Shown: positions 34,052 through 45,352 of the stretch, piece after piece
How positions within the stretch are numbered: position 1 is the first letter of the stretch
How the letters are laid out: each line of letters opens with the position of its first letter
Program-made: the position numbers and the translations under genes
Notes under the pieces: model-generated
Told to the model about the DNA's origin: nothing
The model's database searches: none
The model's input: only the letters and a program-made list of their open reading frames with translations
Source: an uncultured Nitrospinota bacterium
Lineage (GTDB): Bacteria > Tectomicrobia > Entotheonellia > J063 > CAVPRW01
NCBI GenBank assembly: GCA_963707985.1
Contig: CAVPRW010000017.1
Span: 192,001 to 256,000, forward strand
Direction of reading: 5' to 3'
Length of the DNA stretch: 64,000 bases

Positions 34052-34276
34052 GACTTACCTCCGCGTATAAGCAATTCAGACGTTATTTTGCCAATGACCA
34101 CTGTTGCTTCAGCCGGGGCATACCTCCTGTCCACTCCGGTGGAACCTGGGCCTAGACATCAGGACTTCCGATGAGTAGCCTGACCTCCGGGTCCGCTGCG
34201 GGTTAGCCTGTTGAGGACCAGAGCCCTCTCAGGTCGACACCTGAACCACACAACCTCGGAGGTCAGCCGTGAATCA

Positions 34277-34358
34277 GTCTCGCGCCAGCCTTCAGCGGCT
34301 GCCGGAAGCGGGAGCAACGCGGCGGCTGGAGGCCGTCAGCTGCAAGGCGTGGTTCGGT
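34277..34358 (-). other. attC-like site 2
   Basis: ACCGAAC cacgcc TTGCAGCTGACGG...CCGGCAGCCGCTGAA ggctggc GCGAGAC. Confidence 0.6.
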
Positions 34359-35262
34359 TCCGGTGCTCGGAGCTAGGGAACCCTAGTCCGGGTGATCCAA
34401 CGGCAGCCGCCTGTGCGGTCCGGGACCATGGCGGTGGCGGAGTCGGCGTATCCAGGGGGAGCTGGTGGACGATCTCCTCGTGCATCCCCAACTCGTCGAT
34501 GAAGACCCGCAGGCGATCCTCCCCTCCTAGGGGGGTGTGGCTCACGCCTCCTACACTGTCGAACGCGACACGCTGGCCATGGGCCACCCCCACCATGGTC
34601 TCCCCGCGAATGGCGCGCGCATAGACCTCATAGTTGAACGGACTCCAGGCCCGCGATTGTTCATGGCGTTCCCGGAAGGTCTCCCGGCTGACGTGCAGGT
34701 ACTGAAGGCGACAATCCAGCCCCTCAGGCTGATGTAACGGACGCCATCGGATACACCAGGTGCCGTCACGCTTGGTGCAGTGGACGCCCCACACCGGATG
34801 CGCGACGCCGGTGGGCGCGGACTCGTGGAGTGGCAGCGGGGCGCTGTGTAAGATCGAGGCATCGACCATATAGCAGGTCTCGTCACAGGTGACCAGCACC
34901 GTGCCGTGCGTCGGTGGCGCCTCAGGGGCCGCGTGCATGGTGCCCATGCCCCGTGTGGCACCAAAGCCCAGCGACACGAGCACGGCATGCAGGGCTCCAT
35001 TGCCGGCCCAGCAGGTGCCCCCGGTCCCATAGGTGAGCCAGGCTTCGAGGAACTCCGAGGGGTTATCTCCCGGCAGCGGGCCAGGGGCATGGCTATGGAG
35101 ATGGATCAGCTTCCGCACATTATCAAAGGGCACCTTCCGGCACCACGCCGCGTAGAGCGTCTGCAGCCCGTCAAAGGTCGGGGCCGGACGCTCGGCCAAC
35201 CCCAACCGGCTCAGGACCCGCTCCAGCAAGTCCATCGACAGTTCTTCAGCTGATAACGACAT
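34336..35262 (-). CDS. Arylamine N-acetyltransferase family protein
   Basis: VPFDN, GGTCW (catalytic Cys), HGTVLV, VDA. Confidence 0.8.
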   Translation of the reverse strand: MSLSAEELSMDLLERVLSRLGLAERPAPTFDGLQTLYAAWCRKVPFDNVRKLIHLHSHAPGPLPGDNPSEFLEAWLTYGTGGTCWAGNGALHAVLVSLGFGATRGMGTMHAAPEAPPTHGTVLVTCDETCYMVDASILHSAPLPLHESAPTGVAHPVWGVHCTKRDGTWCIRWRPLHQPEGLDCRLQYLHVSRETFRERHEQSRAWSPFNYEVYARAIRGETMVGVAHGQRVAFDSVGGVSHTPLGGEDRLRVFIDELGMHEEIVHQLPLDTPTPPPPWSRTAQAAAVGSPGLGFPSSEHRNRTTPCS

Positions 35263-35291
35263 GGTGTCCCTCCCACCAGTATAGAGAAGGT

Positions 35292-35379
35292 GCCTGACAC
35301 GAAAACTCAGCCGCTGCCGAGAGCCGGAGCGACGGAGGAGCGGACGCTGTCGGCAGTCGGTTGCGCGCCGACGTTAGAC
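35292..35379 (-). other. attC-like site 1
   Basis: GTCTAAC...CAACCGACTGCCGA...TCGGCAGCGGCTGAG...GTCAGGC; the upstream TAA stop lies inside GTCTAAC; RBS and ATG 29 bp downstream. Confidence 0.72.
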
Positions 35380-35454
35380 ATTCCTTTTATCACCGAAGGC
35401 AGCTTTTTGAACAAACCGCGCTCGCAGCACCCGTTCGGCAATGTGCTTGGCATC

Positions 35455-35697
35455 AGAAGTGGGACTGATATGCAGCACCCGTGCTCTATCAGGAATACCA
35501 CTGCCGTTCATCGCCATATCAATAATCTGCTGTTTCACTTCGCGTAATCGTCCCTTGTAAACATAGGTTGTCAGAAACGTTTGCTGAGCACAATCAGGAT
35601 TTCGACAAAACCATCGTTGTTTTCCATTCGAGGTTTTTCCATGTTTCACCACATCCGTACTGTGACAAGTCGGACAATGCCTGGGTGTGAGCACCAT
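35455..35697 (-). mobile_element. IS1 family InsA-like remnant
   Basis: CPTCHSTDVVKHGK..GKQRWFCRN.DC..MAMNGSGI..ARVLHISP; no InsB. Confidence 0.8.
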
Positions 35698-35843
35698 CAG
35701 TGGCGTGCCTCAAATTGCCGTCACCAGCTTGTACGGGACATCAACGGGGTTGCCCCCTCCGATCGGAGGGGGAAGATGCCATAGGGATAAGCATAGGCTC
35801 ATTGTCCAAGAGGTTCAACAAATCTAGTACACTACCCACTCCG

Positions 35844-36515
35844 CTAGGCAGGAAAGATGCGTCGATACACGCCCGGCGATCCCGCTTCATGTACCATATG
35901 CGGTCGAATCTCACGGTTCCACACTGGGGTGACGGCCGTGCGCCAATCATCCCACGCCTGGCTCTTGGGGACGTCGAGCGATGCCATTTCATGCACTGTG
36001 GTGTATTTGGGCAACCCCATCACGGCTTCGAATCGTCGCGCCCGGATGTAACCCGGAATGCCCTGGCACAGGGGTAATCGCTCGTGGTTGTATGCAGCAT
36101 TGAACTTCGCATCCAAATGCGCTGGGACGGACATGCGTCCGACGAGGAGCACCGGCGACATTTCTGCCTCGGCAGTCTCCGCCGGGAGGTCCTGCGGGTA
36201 GATGCGTCGGTACAGGTTTCGAATGTACGATGTGCCAATGACACTCGGCGACATCCGCTGGGACCAGGTGGTGGGATGTTTCAACCACTGCTGCCAGGCC
36301 TCCGAATACCAGGCATCCGCCGACTCCAGCTCGTAACAGGCTAAATAGGCGGGCCCACCCTCCACGGCTCGATAACGAGCGGCGTTCAATACGCCTGGAA
36401 TCGCCGATCGTTCGGGGATGTGCTCTTCATTGTACCAGCGATTGAACTCGTCGTCGTGCTCGGCAGCCACATCACAATACACCATGAGCAGGCCATTCCC
36501 CTTCTTCACTGCCAT
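35844..36515 (-). CDS. Tandem dimeric alpha/beta-barrel protein (DUF4286/EthD-like)
   Basis: Two repeats: FNRWYNEEHIP..IPG..A.RY and FNAAYNHERLP..IPG..ARRF. Confidence 0.65.
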   Translation of the reverse strand: MAVKKGNGLLMVYCDVAAEHDDEFNRWYNEEHIPERSAIPGVLNAARYRAVEGGPAYLACYELESADAWYSEAWQQWLKHPTTWSQRMSPSVIGTSYIRNLYRRIYPQDLPAETAEAEMSPVLLVGRMSVPAHLDAKFNAAYNHERLPLCQGIPGYIRARRFEAVMGLPKYTTVHEMASLDVPKSQAWDDWRTAVTPVWNREIRPHMVHEAGSPGVYRRIFPA

Positions 36516-36713
36516 GTCATCTCCCCTTCGCGTTGCCGCTATTGACAGTCACCAGTCCACAACCGACCACAGCTGGAGAGGCGAGGCGCCTCATCTGAAT
36601 TTTTCTGACGCATCAAATGAGAAAATATCATTTGTTCACACCAAAACACCGCCCTATAATTTACGCTATTTGCTCTAGAGTGTCGCATCATATGCACGGG
36701 AGGAGTATCTGCT

Positions 36714-37217
36714 ATGGAGGAGATCAGGCTGCGTGACGCCATGCCGACGGATGTGGCGAGCATCTGCGCCATTCACAATCAGGGCATCGAGGATCGAGTG
36801 GCCACGTTGGATGTTGACCCCCATACACTCGCGGAACAGATGGAGTGGTTCCACCGTCATGACCCCCGTCATCCCGTCATCGTCGCTGAATCGATCGGCG
36901 GCATCATCGGCTGGGCCTCACTCAACCAGTTCTCGGCGCGTCCGGCGTACCGATTCGTGGCGGATCTGTCGGTGTACATCGACAGGCAGTGGCGAGGCAA
37001 AGGGGTTGGCACGCGACTTCTCGGTGAAATCGAAACCCGCGCCCACATCCTAGGGTACCATAAGATCGTTCTGGCGGCATTTCCATTCAATCAAGCTGGC
37101 ATGCGACTCTATGAGCACTTTGGCTTTCGCACTGTGGGCATCTATCATGAACAGGGACTTGTCGACGGACGTTGGATCGACACCATCATCATGGAAAAGT
37201 TGCTGCCGACGAGCTAG
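36714..37217 (+). CDS. GNAT acetyltransferase (PPT/ArsN1-like)
   Basis: IHNQGIEDRVATL, SVYI..RGKGVG..LL, FGFRTVG. Confidence 0.85.
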   Translation: MEEIRLRDAMPTDVASICAIHNQGIEDRVATLDVDPHTLAEQMEWFHRHDPRHPVIVAESIGGIIGWASLNQFSARPAYRFVADLSVYIDRQWRGKGVGTRLLGEIETRAHILGYHKIVLAAFPFNQAGMRLYEHFGFRTVGIYHEQGLVDGRWIDTIIMEKLLPTS

Positions 37218-37243
37218 CCTGAAATCCTTGGTTCCTCCCAGAC

Positions 37244-38995
37244 TCAGCACTCTTTCATCAGGGCGGGTTCCACGCCGGACATCTGCAGGGTATGAAGACG
37301 GTTATACAATCCCTTGTGTGCCAAAAGATCCTCATGTGTTCCCATCTCAGCGATCTGCCCGCCATCCACGACCACGATGCGATCAGCCTTCATCACCGTT
37401 GCCAGGCGATGCGCGATGACCAACACGGTCCGCCCTTCCACCAGATTGGTCAAGGCCTTCTGGAAGATAAATTCCGATTCGGCGTCGAGCTCTGAGGTCG
37501 CCTCGTCAAGGATCAAGATGGGTGGGTCTTTCAGCAGTGCCCGGGCAATGGCAATGCGTTGGCGCTGACCACCAGAGAGTTTGACACCGCGCTCACCGAT
37601 GATGGTATCGTAGGCTTGGGGTAACTCCTGGATGAACTCATGGGCGTACGCCAGTTGCGCGGCATGTGCGATGTCATCGAGGCTGGCGCCAGGCTTGCCA
37701 TAGCCGATGTTGTGCGCGACGGTGTCGTTGAACAGGATGGTTTCCTGGGTGACGATACCGATGTGGCCACGCAATGAGGCCAGCGTATAGTCGCGAATAT
37801 CCACCCCATCGATGCTGATCCGGCCACTGGTGACATCATGAAAGCGCGGGATCAGGTCCGCCAAAGTCGATTTCCCGGCGCCGCTCATCCCTACGAAGGC
37901 CACCATCTCCCCTTTGTTCACAACTAGACAGATGTCGTGTAGCACCGTCCCCGCTCCACCTTCATACTGAAAGGATACATGCTCGAAGGCGATGGTTTCC
38001 CGCAGTGCGTGCAATGGCCTCGCCTGCGGTCGGTCCACCACCGTCTGTTCAAGGTCCAGGAGCTCGAAGACACGCTCTGCCGCCGGAACCGATTGTTGTA
38101 TCTGGTTGCTCGTGTTGCTAAGCTTGCGTACGGGACCATAAAGCATCATCAGCCCCGTCAGAAATGAAAAAAACGTTCCCGCCGTAGTCTGTCCTTGGAT
38201 CACCTGATAGCCACCGTACCACAGCGCCGCCCCGATCCCCAGTGCGCCGATGAACTCCATGAGCGGGGAGGTGAGCTCATGCACATGCACATCCCGCATG
38301 ATCAGTTGGTACAGCCTGCGGTTCGCCTGTTTGAAGCGCTCGCGCTCGTGGGCCTCGCGCCCAAAGGCCTTCATGATCTTTGTCCCGGTGAGCGTTTCCT
38401 GGGCGACGACGCTCAACTCGGCGATGTTTTCTTGCCCGCGTTTATTGATGGCCCGGAGCTTTTTCCCGATTCTGACCAACGCTAGAGCGATCAGTGGAAA
38501 GATGATGAGCGCAATCGTGGCCAGGCGCCACTCCCGCACAAACACCACCACCAGGAGCATGATCAGAGTGAACACCTCGCGGATGGCCAAAGCCGGGTCC
38601 TGGGAGGACATTCGGCTGAGGCGGCCGACGTCATGGGTGAGGCGGGACAGTAGCTCGGCGGAAGCGCGGTTGTTGAAGAAACTCTGCGACATGCCCTGCA
38701 AGTGCTCGTACACTTCCTCGCGCAAGCGCATCACCACCTGCTGGCCCACCTGAGCCATAAGGTAGGCCTGACCATAGCGTGCGCTGCCCTTGACCGCGTA
38801 CACCCCGATCAAGGCGATCGGGAGGATCTTCAGCATGAACAGGTCTTTCTTGAGAAAGACATCATCCAGCACCGGCTTGACAAGCCATGCGGTCATGGCT
38901 TCGAGCCCGGAGATCACCAGAGCCAATCCCATCGCCGCAACAATGCGAGCCCAGTACACCTTGACGTATGGCAACAACCGGCGATAGACCTTCAT
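37244..38995 (-). CDS. msbA: Lipid A export ABC transporter
   Basis: TMD plus GMSGAGKST, LSGGQRQR, LDEATS; last gene of the LPS operon. Confidence 0.85.
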   Translation of the reverse strand: MKVYRRLLPYVKVYWARIVAAMGLALVISGLEAMTAWLVKPVLDDVFLKKDLFMLKILPIALIGVYAVKGSARYGQAYLMAQVGQQVVMRLREEVYEHLQGMSQSFFNNRASAELLSRLTHDVGRLSRMSSQDPALAIREVFTLIMLLVVVFVREWRLATIALIIFPLIALALVRIGKKLRAINKRGQENIAELSVVAQETLTGTKIMKAFGREAHERERFKQANRRLYQLIMRDVHVHELTSPLMEFIGALGIGAALWYGGYQVIQGQTTAGTFFSFLTGLMMLYGPVRKLSNTSNQIQQSVPAAERVFELLDLEQTVVDRPQARPLHALRETIAFEHVSFQYEGGAGTVLHDICLVVNKGEMVAFVGMSGAGKSTLADLIPRFHDVTSGRISIDGVDIRDYTLASLRGHIGIVTQETILFNDTVAHNIGYGKPGASLDDIAHAAQLAYAHEFIQELPQAYDTIIGERGVKLSGGQRQRIAIARALLKDPPILILDEATSELDAESEFIFQKALTNLVEGRTVLVIAHRLATVMKADRIVVVDGGQIAEMGTHEDLLAHKGLYNRLHTLQMSGVEPALMKEC

Positions 38996-39779
38996 GCCTG
39001 GGGTACTCCTTTCGTCCCGTCTGTTTTTTCCAGAAGGACGACCCACTTGTCTGAAAAGATCGACAGGCCTTGCCGGGGTGAGAAGATGCCAACCACCCGG
39101 AGGCCAGCCTCAGCAGCCTCACCTCGCAGACTCCCCCGTGACCACACCTCCCCCATACGGCGGGCTACTCCCACGCCATGGCAGAGCCTCCGAAAGCACC
39201 AGTGCACATTGTAGCAGTGGCGAAGGTCCACGATGAGCCACCGCCGACTGACCCGCGCCATCTCCTGCAGAATGCGAATGCGCACCTCGCGGGGTACATG
39301 GAACATAAAGCGAATGGAAAAGACGACGTCAAGCGATTGGCTCTTCAAGGGAATCGACTCGCCATCACATTGGACCAGTGCCAGAGGAACCCCGCCACCC
39401 TGACCGACGTCCTCTTTGCTCCACGCTGCTCGCATCATTTCAAGCGAGATGTCAGCCCCGACAAACCGCAGCTGTCGCTGCACCAACCACGGAAAGAGTC
39501 TCCCGGTTCCACACGGCAGGTCAAGACAACTACGGATGGGTGTCCCACGGGAGGCGGCTAGGTCGAAGGCACGCTGAATGGCTGCCAGTGTGAGACGATT
39601 GCGTTTCTGACCTCTCGTTGACAGGAAGCGCGAGGCGTCATAGGTTGTGGCAACGACGGCATTCCGATAACGGCGCTTCACATGCTCATAGCGACTTGGT
39701 ATCAACAAGCTGGTCTGACCTCCGTTGGCCTTTCGCTGGCTACTTTTCCACCGTCGAGTGCTGGCTCGTGATGTCTCAT
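38992..39779 (-). CDS. Class I SAM methyltransferase (probable 5' frameshift)
   Basis: LDLPCGTGR, GADIS, EMARVS; ATG overlaps the upstream TGA. Confidence 0.8.
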
Positions 39780-40970
39780 CACTTGCCCAGGGCTCGCGGT
39801 GCGATTGTTTTGGGGTCGCTCGCATCCAGGGGCTGGTTCGCCACCGCTTCGTATACCTGCAGTGTCTGCCTAAGCGCGCGCGACAGGGGGTAGTCGCTGG
39901 CCAGTTGCTGGGCCGCTTCCCCCATCATCCGACGCCGCTCCGATGACAGCAGGCGCTGCACGGCCTCGGCGACGCCTGCAGCGCTAGGTGCGTCCTCAAG
40001 GACGCACCCATGGACACCATCGCGCATCAGCTCCGTGGCTCCATTGACCGCCGTGGTCAGAACCGGGAGCCCACAGGCCATCGCTTCCAAACATGTATTG
40101 GCGAAGGGATCATAGAGCGTTGGCAGGACGAAGAGGTCGGCACCTGCATAGCAATGCTCGACGTCGGCACGCAGACCTTCAAAGTGTACCGCATCTGACA
40201 CGGCGACCTTGTGGGTCAGCCGCTGATAGGGTGCCAAACGTCCTTTGCCGATGACGACCAATCGGACGTTCGTGACGCCGCGTCGACGGAGCTCGCCCAT
40301 GGCTTCGACTACACAGGCCAGGCCTTTGCGATGGAAGCCTGAACCGGCAAATAGCAGCACCAGGTCAGCAGCGGAAACACCCCAAGCAGCGCGCTGCTTC
40401 TGCCGAAAGCGCTGACGCACGTTGGCGTGGAAGCGATCGGTGTCGACACCATTATAGATGGTCAGCATCCGCGTCTCTGAGACGCCGTAGTGACTGCCGA
40501 ATCTCTTCCTGGCCACGCTGAGAGTTCGTGATGATGATCGGCGTCTGACACAACACCCGACGCTCGAGTGCAAGCAACACCCGATCGAACAGACTGAGTC
40601 GCGACCAACCGCGGGCTAGTGCTGGAAGCGACCGGCGTTTACGCTGCAGCCATTCCCGATGGACGCCCTCCCCGGCTCGATAGATGTGCTGGCCGAGTGT
40701 CCGATCAAAGCTTTGTACGACCACCAGGTCGGCAAGTGGCAGGGCAGACCGCACGCGGAAGGCGAAGCTCAGTGGTCGGAAAGCCCGGGGGGCAGGAATG
40801 GCCGGCAAGGCGTGACAGGTCACACCCATAACCTGCTCGCGGGGCGGTGGCTGCTCGCAGAAGAGGTGCACGGCATGGCCCTGGGTCAGGAGCCCCGCAA
40901 TGAGATAACCGATTTGACGCTCGCCACCGCCTTGCAGGCGAAAGGAGCGTTTGACCAGGCCGATACGCAT
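39779..40970 (-). CDS. GT4 glycosyltransferase (frameshift ~40500)
   Basis: GGGER, IYNGVD, RKG, DPFANTCLEAMACG. Confidence 0.85.
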
Positions 40971-41090
40971 CGGCGGAGTATGCCTTGCCAGCAAATTTTC
41001 GTAAGTATTGTCAACCTTTAAGGTACAGAAAGCGAAGGGAGTATACCACACTCACCGATGCTTTTCTAGCCGCCGCCTAGGTATATCTCC

Positions 41091-42212
41091 TCAGCGCTGA
41101 CCCTGATGCCGCGTGAGCGTTTCGTCGAATACCGCTCGATACGCGGGAATGATCACCTGCCAGTCATAGCCTCTGGCCAGCGCTGACGACACCAGTCCCA
41201 TCGTCACCCGCAGGGCCGAATCCTTGAGCAAGGTCAGCATACGTGTCGCCAGACCCGCAGGATCATCCGGTGGGACCAGAAACCCATTCTCGCCCTCATG
41301 GACAACCTCTGGATTGCCACCCACGGCAGTCGCCACGATCGGTCGACCGGCCGCCAGTGCTTCCAGATTGACAGTGGCGAATGGTTCTCGACGCGAGGGA
41401 CAGACGAAAAACCGGCAATGCTGATAAAGGTGTATCTTGACAAGCCCGTTGACAATGCCGACAAAATGGACTCGGCTCTGGAGGTTTTCCTCGCTCACCA
41501 GAGTGGTATAGGTGGACCACTCCCTCCCCGCCCCAGCTAGCACCAGGTGAATGGCGGGGTCCTCGGCGGCCACCGATGCGAAGGCTCGCAGCAGCACATC
41601 GAAACCTTTTTTGTGGCTGAAACTACCCATCGCCAAGATGTAGGGATACGGCAATGGTGGCTCATCTCCCACTGCTTGAAAATCGGCAACATGCACGCCG
41701 TTCGGGATGAGGCGGATGTCGGTATCCGGGACCCCCAGAGATAGTATTTCGCTCCTGAGAAACTGGCTCTGGGCGATGATCAGGTCTGCTGCCGCCAGCG
41801 CCTGCCTCAGCCTTCGTTCCAGTTTGGCATTGGCGCGGATGAATTCACCGGGTAGGATATCCGAGCCATGTGGACGTACCACCATTGGGATGTTCAATAG
41901 ACGCTTGAACGTTGCGCCAACATAAGCCGGCGGGTAGGCTCCATGGCAATACAGCACATCAAAGGGCTGTCGCCAGTATTCATACAGAAGATACAGGAGG
42001 ATTTGGCGTACCCCAAAGCGTTTTGAAGAAGGGCGTTGATAACGTCGTAGGCGGTACGGTGCCTCAACCCGATTGTTGACACGACGAACCCAGGGGGCCA
42101 GGACGGTTATCGAATGTCCCTGGGACGTGAGCGCAGACGCCAATGTATGCAAAACCAGCTCAGCGCCGCCGATGGTCGGGAGAAACGTGGCCGTATACAG
42201 ACATAGGTTCAT
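41091..42212 (-). CDS. GT4 glycosyltransferase
   Basis: GGAE, IPNGV, KGFD, EPFATVNLEA. Confidence 0.9.
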   Translation of the reverse strand: MNLCLYTATFLPTIGGAELVLHTLASALTSQGHSITVLAPWVRRVNNRVEAPYRLRRYQRPSSKRFGVRQILLYLLYEYWRQPFDVLYCHGAYPPAYVGATFKRLLNIPMVVRPHGSDILPGEFIRANAKLERRLRQALAAADLIIAQSQFLRSEILSLGVPDTDIRLIPNGVHVADFQAVGDEPPLPYPYILAMGSFSHKKGFDVLLRAFASVAAEDPAIHLVLAGAGREWSTYTTLVSEENLQSRVHFVGIVNGLVKIHLYQHCRFFVCPSRREPFATVNLEALAAGRPIVATAVGGNPEVVHEGENGFLVPPDDPAGLATRMLTLLKDSALRVTMGLVSSALARGYDWQVIIPAYRAVFDETLTRHQGQR

Positions 42213-44125
42213 AGTCGGGAAAGGGCGGGGGGGCCATTTTATAAGCTTGTTGCTCGACCATCAGCCGATACCACTGCGCAAAGACCATGAGAGCCCATAA
42301 ACGATGCGCATGATTCCGTCGGCCGCTGACGTGGGCCTCAAACATGCGCCGGATGGCGGCAAGATCGAAAAACTCTTGGACACCTCGCGGCTCCACTACC
42401 AGAAGCTCCCGTGCCAGTGCCACTAACGGGCCTCGCAACCAGGTGCGGAGGGGGAGGCTGAACCCTTGCTTTGGACGGTCCAAGATAGCATCCGGGAGCA
42501 GACCGCGAAAGGCCTCACGCAGGACGATTTTTCGAGCACGTCCGTCGGTTTTCACTGCTGAGGGGAGCGCGGCACAAAATTCGATCACCCGATGATCGAG
42601 AAATGGGGAACGCGCCTCCAACGAGCACGCCATGCTGGCAATGTCCACTTTGACCAGCAGATCGCCGGGTAAATACCACTGGTAATCCAGCCACTGCATC
42701 AGGTCGACGGGATCATCCAGGTGTTCAAGGCCCGCGGAAACCAGCGCGGCCATCGGTGAGGTAGAGCCCGCGAGAGCCTGTCGCACCCACGGTTGGTATA
42801 GGTGAGCGCGACCATAGCCATCAAAGAACTCAGGGTAATAAATCGCCTCTGCATAAGGCAGAAGCGAGTGGGCTAGCCGCGTCAGCAGCCACGCGGTACG
42901 ACCACCCGAGTCGTTCTGGAGGGGTGCGAGCATTCGGCGCGCTAGGGTGTGTCGCAGCCCTCCGGGAAGATGTGCCCAGGCGCGCTGCCAGTGGCCGAAG
43001 CGATATTTGTCGTAGCCAGCGAATGCCTCATCCCCGCCATCGCCATTCAGCACCACCCGCACATGGCGGCTGGCCATCTGAGCCACGTAGAACGTCGGCA
43101 CCGCCGATTTATCCGCAAACGGTTCGTCGTACTGCCAGACAAGGCGTGGGAGGATCCCCGCGACGTCGGCGGAAACGACCATTTCATGATGATCGGTGGC
43201 GAATCGCTGGGCGACCTGTCGAGCATAGGGCAGCTCATTGTAGGCCTCTTCAGTGAACCCGAGGGAAAACGTCTGCACCGGCCGGTCCATGATCTGGGAC
43301 ATCAGCGCCACCACCGCACTGGAATCCACGCCACCGCTCAACAGCGCCCCCAACGGCACGTCGCTGGTCAGGCGCACGCGCGTGGCCTCTTCAAGCTGAG
43401 CGCGTATGGCCTCCGCCATCTCACCGTCCCGGATGCGGATCTTGCGCGCAAAATCCAGATGCCAATAAGGCTCGATCGTAACTTTCCCTTGCTCCCAGAC
43501 TAACAGGTGAGCTGGCGGAAGTTTCCGAATCGCCTCATAGATCGTCAGCGGATGCGGGATAAACTGAAAGGCAAGATAGGCATCCACGGCTGCGACGTCG
43601 ATCGCTGTCGGAACCTCAGAATCCTGCAAAATCGCCTTGATTTCCGAGGCAAACAACAAGCGGTCAGGCAGACACGCATAGAAAAGCGGCTTCTTCCCGA
43701 CCCGATCGCGCGCCAGTAGCAAACGCTGGCGGTCGCCATCCCAGAGCGCCAGGGCAAACATTCCCCGTAGGCGCTGCACCGCCTCAACGCCGTATTCTTC
43801 ATAGAGATGGACAACCACTTCCGTGTCCGTTCGTGTGGTAAAGCGGTGCCCCTTGGCTTCGAGTCCCGGACGCAGCTCCTGGAAATTATAGATCTCGCCG
43901 TTGAGGACGACTGCGACACGGCCAGACTCATTGAAGATCGGTTGATGCCCGGTGGTGAGGTCGATGATGCTGAGGCGACGGCTTCCCAGGCCCACAGGTC
44001 CCTGGAGGAGAAGTCCCTGATCGTCCGGACCTCGATGACGTAGGCTGGAGCACATGCCCTGCAAGGAGCGTTTGATCCGCCTGATGTGAGGGGTCATGAT
44101 GCACAAATCCGGCGATGCCGCACAT
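42160..44125 (-). CDS. asnB: Asparagine synthase-like amidotransferase (5' frameshift)
   Basis: MCGIAG, HRGPD, NGEIYN, LSGGVDS, GDGGDE, KQGF. Confidence 0.88.
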
Positions 44126-44165
44126 ATCGGCCTCTACCAATCGATGTACACAGCAGTCGGCGAGC

Positions 44166-45352
44166 TCAACCGTCCCGTCTGGTCAAGAAGCGACGCTGAG
44201 CTGCATGAAGTTGATGATACAGTTGCAGCATTGCGTCAACCTGACGCTGACGCGAGAAGACGTGCTCGCTTTGCTGCCGCCCTCGCATCCCCATCTGGCG
44301 CGCTTGTTCCGGGGCCCGTAAGAGCCTGCTGATGGCATGGCCCAGCGCCGAGTGGTCCTGGGGCGTAATGAGCAGGCCGGTTTCGCCATCCAGGACGATA
44401 TCCTGCAGGGCACCTACCCGTGTGGCGACAACTGCCTTGCCGGCTGCCATGGCCTCGAGCACGGCTCGGCACGAACCCTCTGAACCAGGTGCCAGTAGCA
44501 CGAAGACATCCATAGCAGCCAGGACCTCTGGAAGATCGTTCTCGCGATAGCCCCCGAAGACCACCGCATCGGCTAGGCCTAACTCACGGATTCGTCGTTC
44601 GATGTTGGGTCGGAACTCGCCTTTCCCGACGATCAAGAGGCGGGCAACAGGAATGGCCGTGTGCACTTGGGCAAAGGCTTCGACTAACGTGAGGTGGCCG
44701 CGGGAGGGAGCGAGGCGAGCAACGATACCGACCAGGGGGGTTGCCGCGCTCATCCCGAGCTCTTGACGGATGTGAGCGCCTGATAGCCCCGGATGAAAGC
44801 GTTGACTGTCGACAGCCCCGGCGATGGCAGAGATTCGTGCGCAAGATATGCTGAGCTTTGTCAGCCAAGTCTCTTTGAAGGGTCGAGCTTACGGTGATGA
44901 GGTGCGAAGCACCGTGTCGTAGCAGCCAGCGATTGCTCAACGAGCGCGGCGGACGCAGTGTGTGCACGGTACGCACTTGTAGGGGCACACGTCCTCTGCT
45001 GAGGATTCAACAGCGTCACGGCAGACAACGCCAGCCAATGGTCGTGCGACAGATGCGTGTGGAGGACATCGATGGGCGTACGGCGCAGGAACGCGCTCAA
45101 CGTCCGGACATCCTGCAGCCATGACGAGGGGCGAAAACGGGGATCGAGCCGGAGTCCTTCAAGTACGGGGATACCGGCCTTGCGAGCCAGTTCTTCGACG
45201 TGACTACCGGCGGGGACACCAAGGACCACCTGCTGCTGACGTTCGAGCAGCCCCTGCGTCAATGCCAGCACCGGTTCCGCCGTCCCGGTCCACCAGCGGT
45301 TGCTCAATAGATGGAGAATTGACAATGGCCGTATCGGCTCACTCGACCTCAC
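44166..45352 (-). CDS. GT4 glycosyltransferase (two frameshifts)
   Basis: HLSHDHW; EGSCRAVLEAMAAG; spread over three ORFs. Confidence 0.8.
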
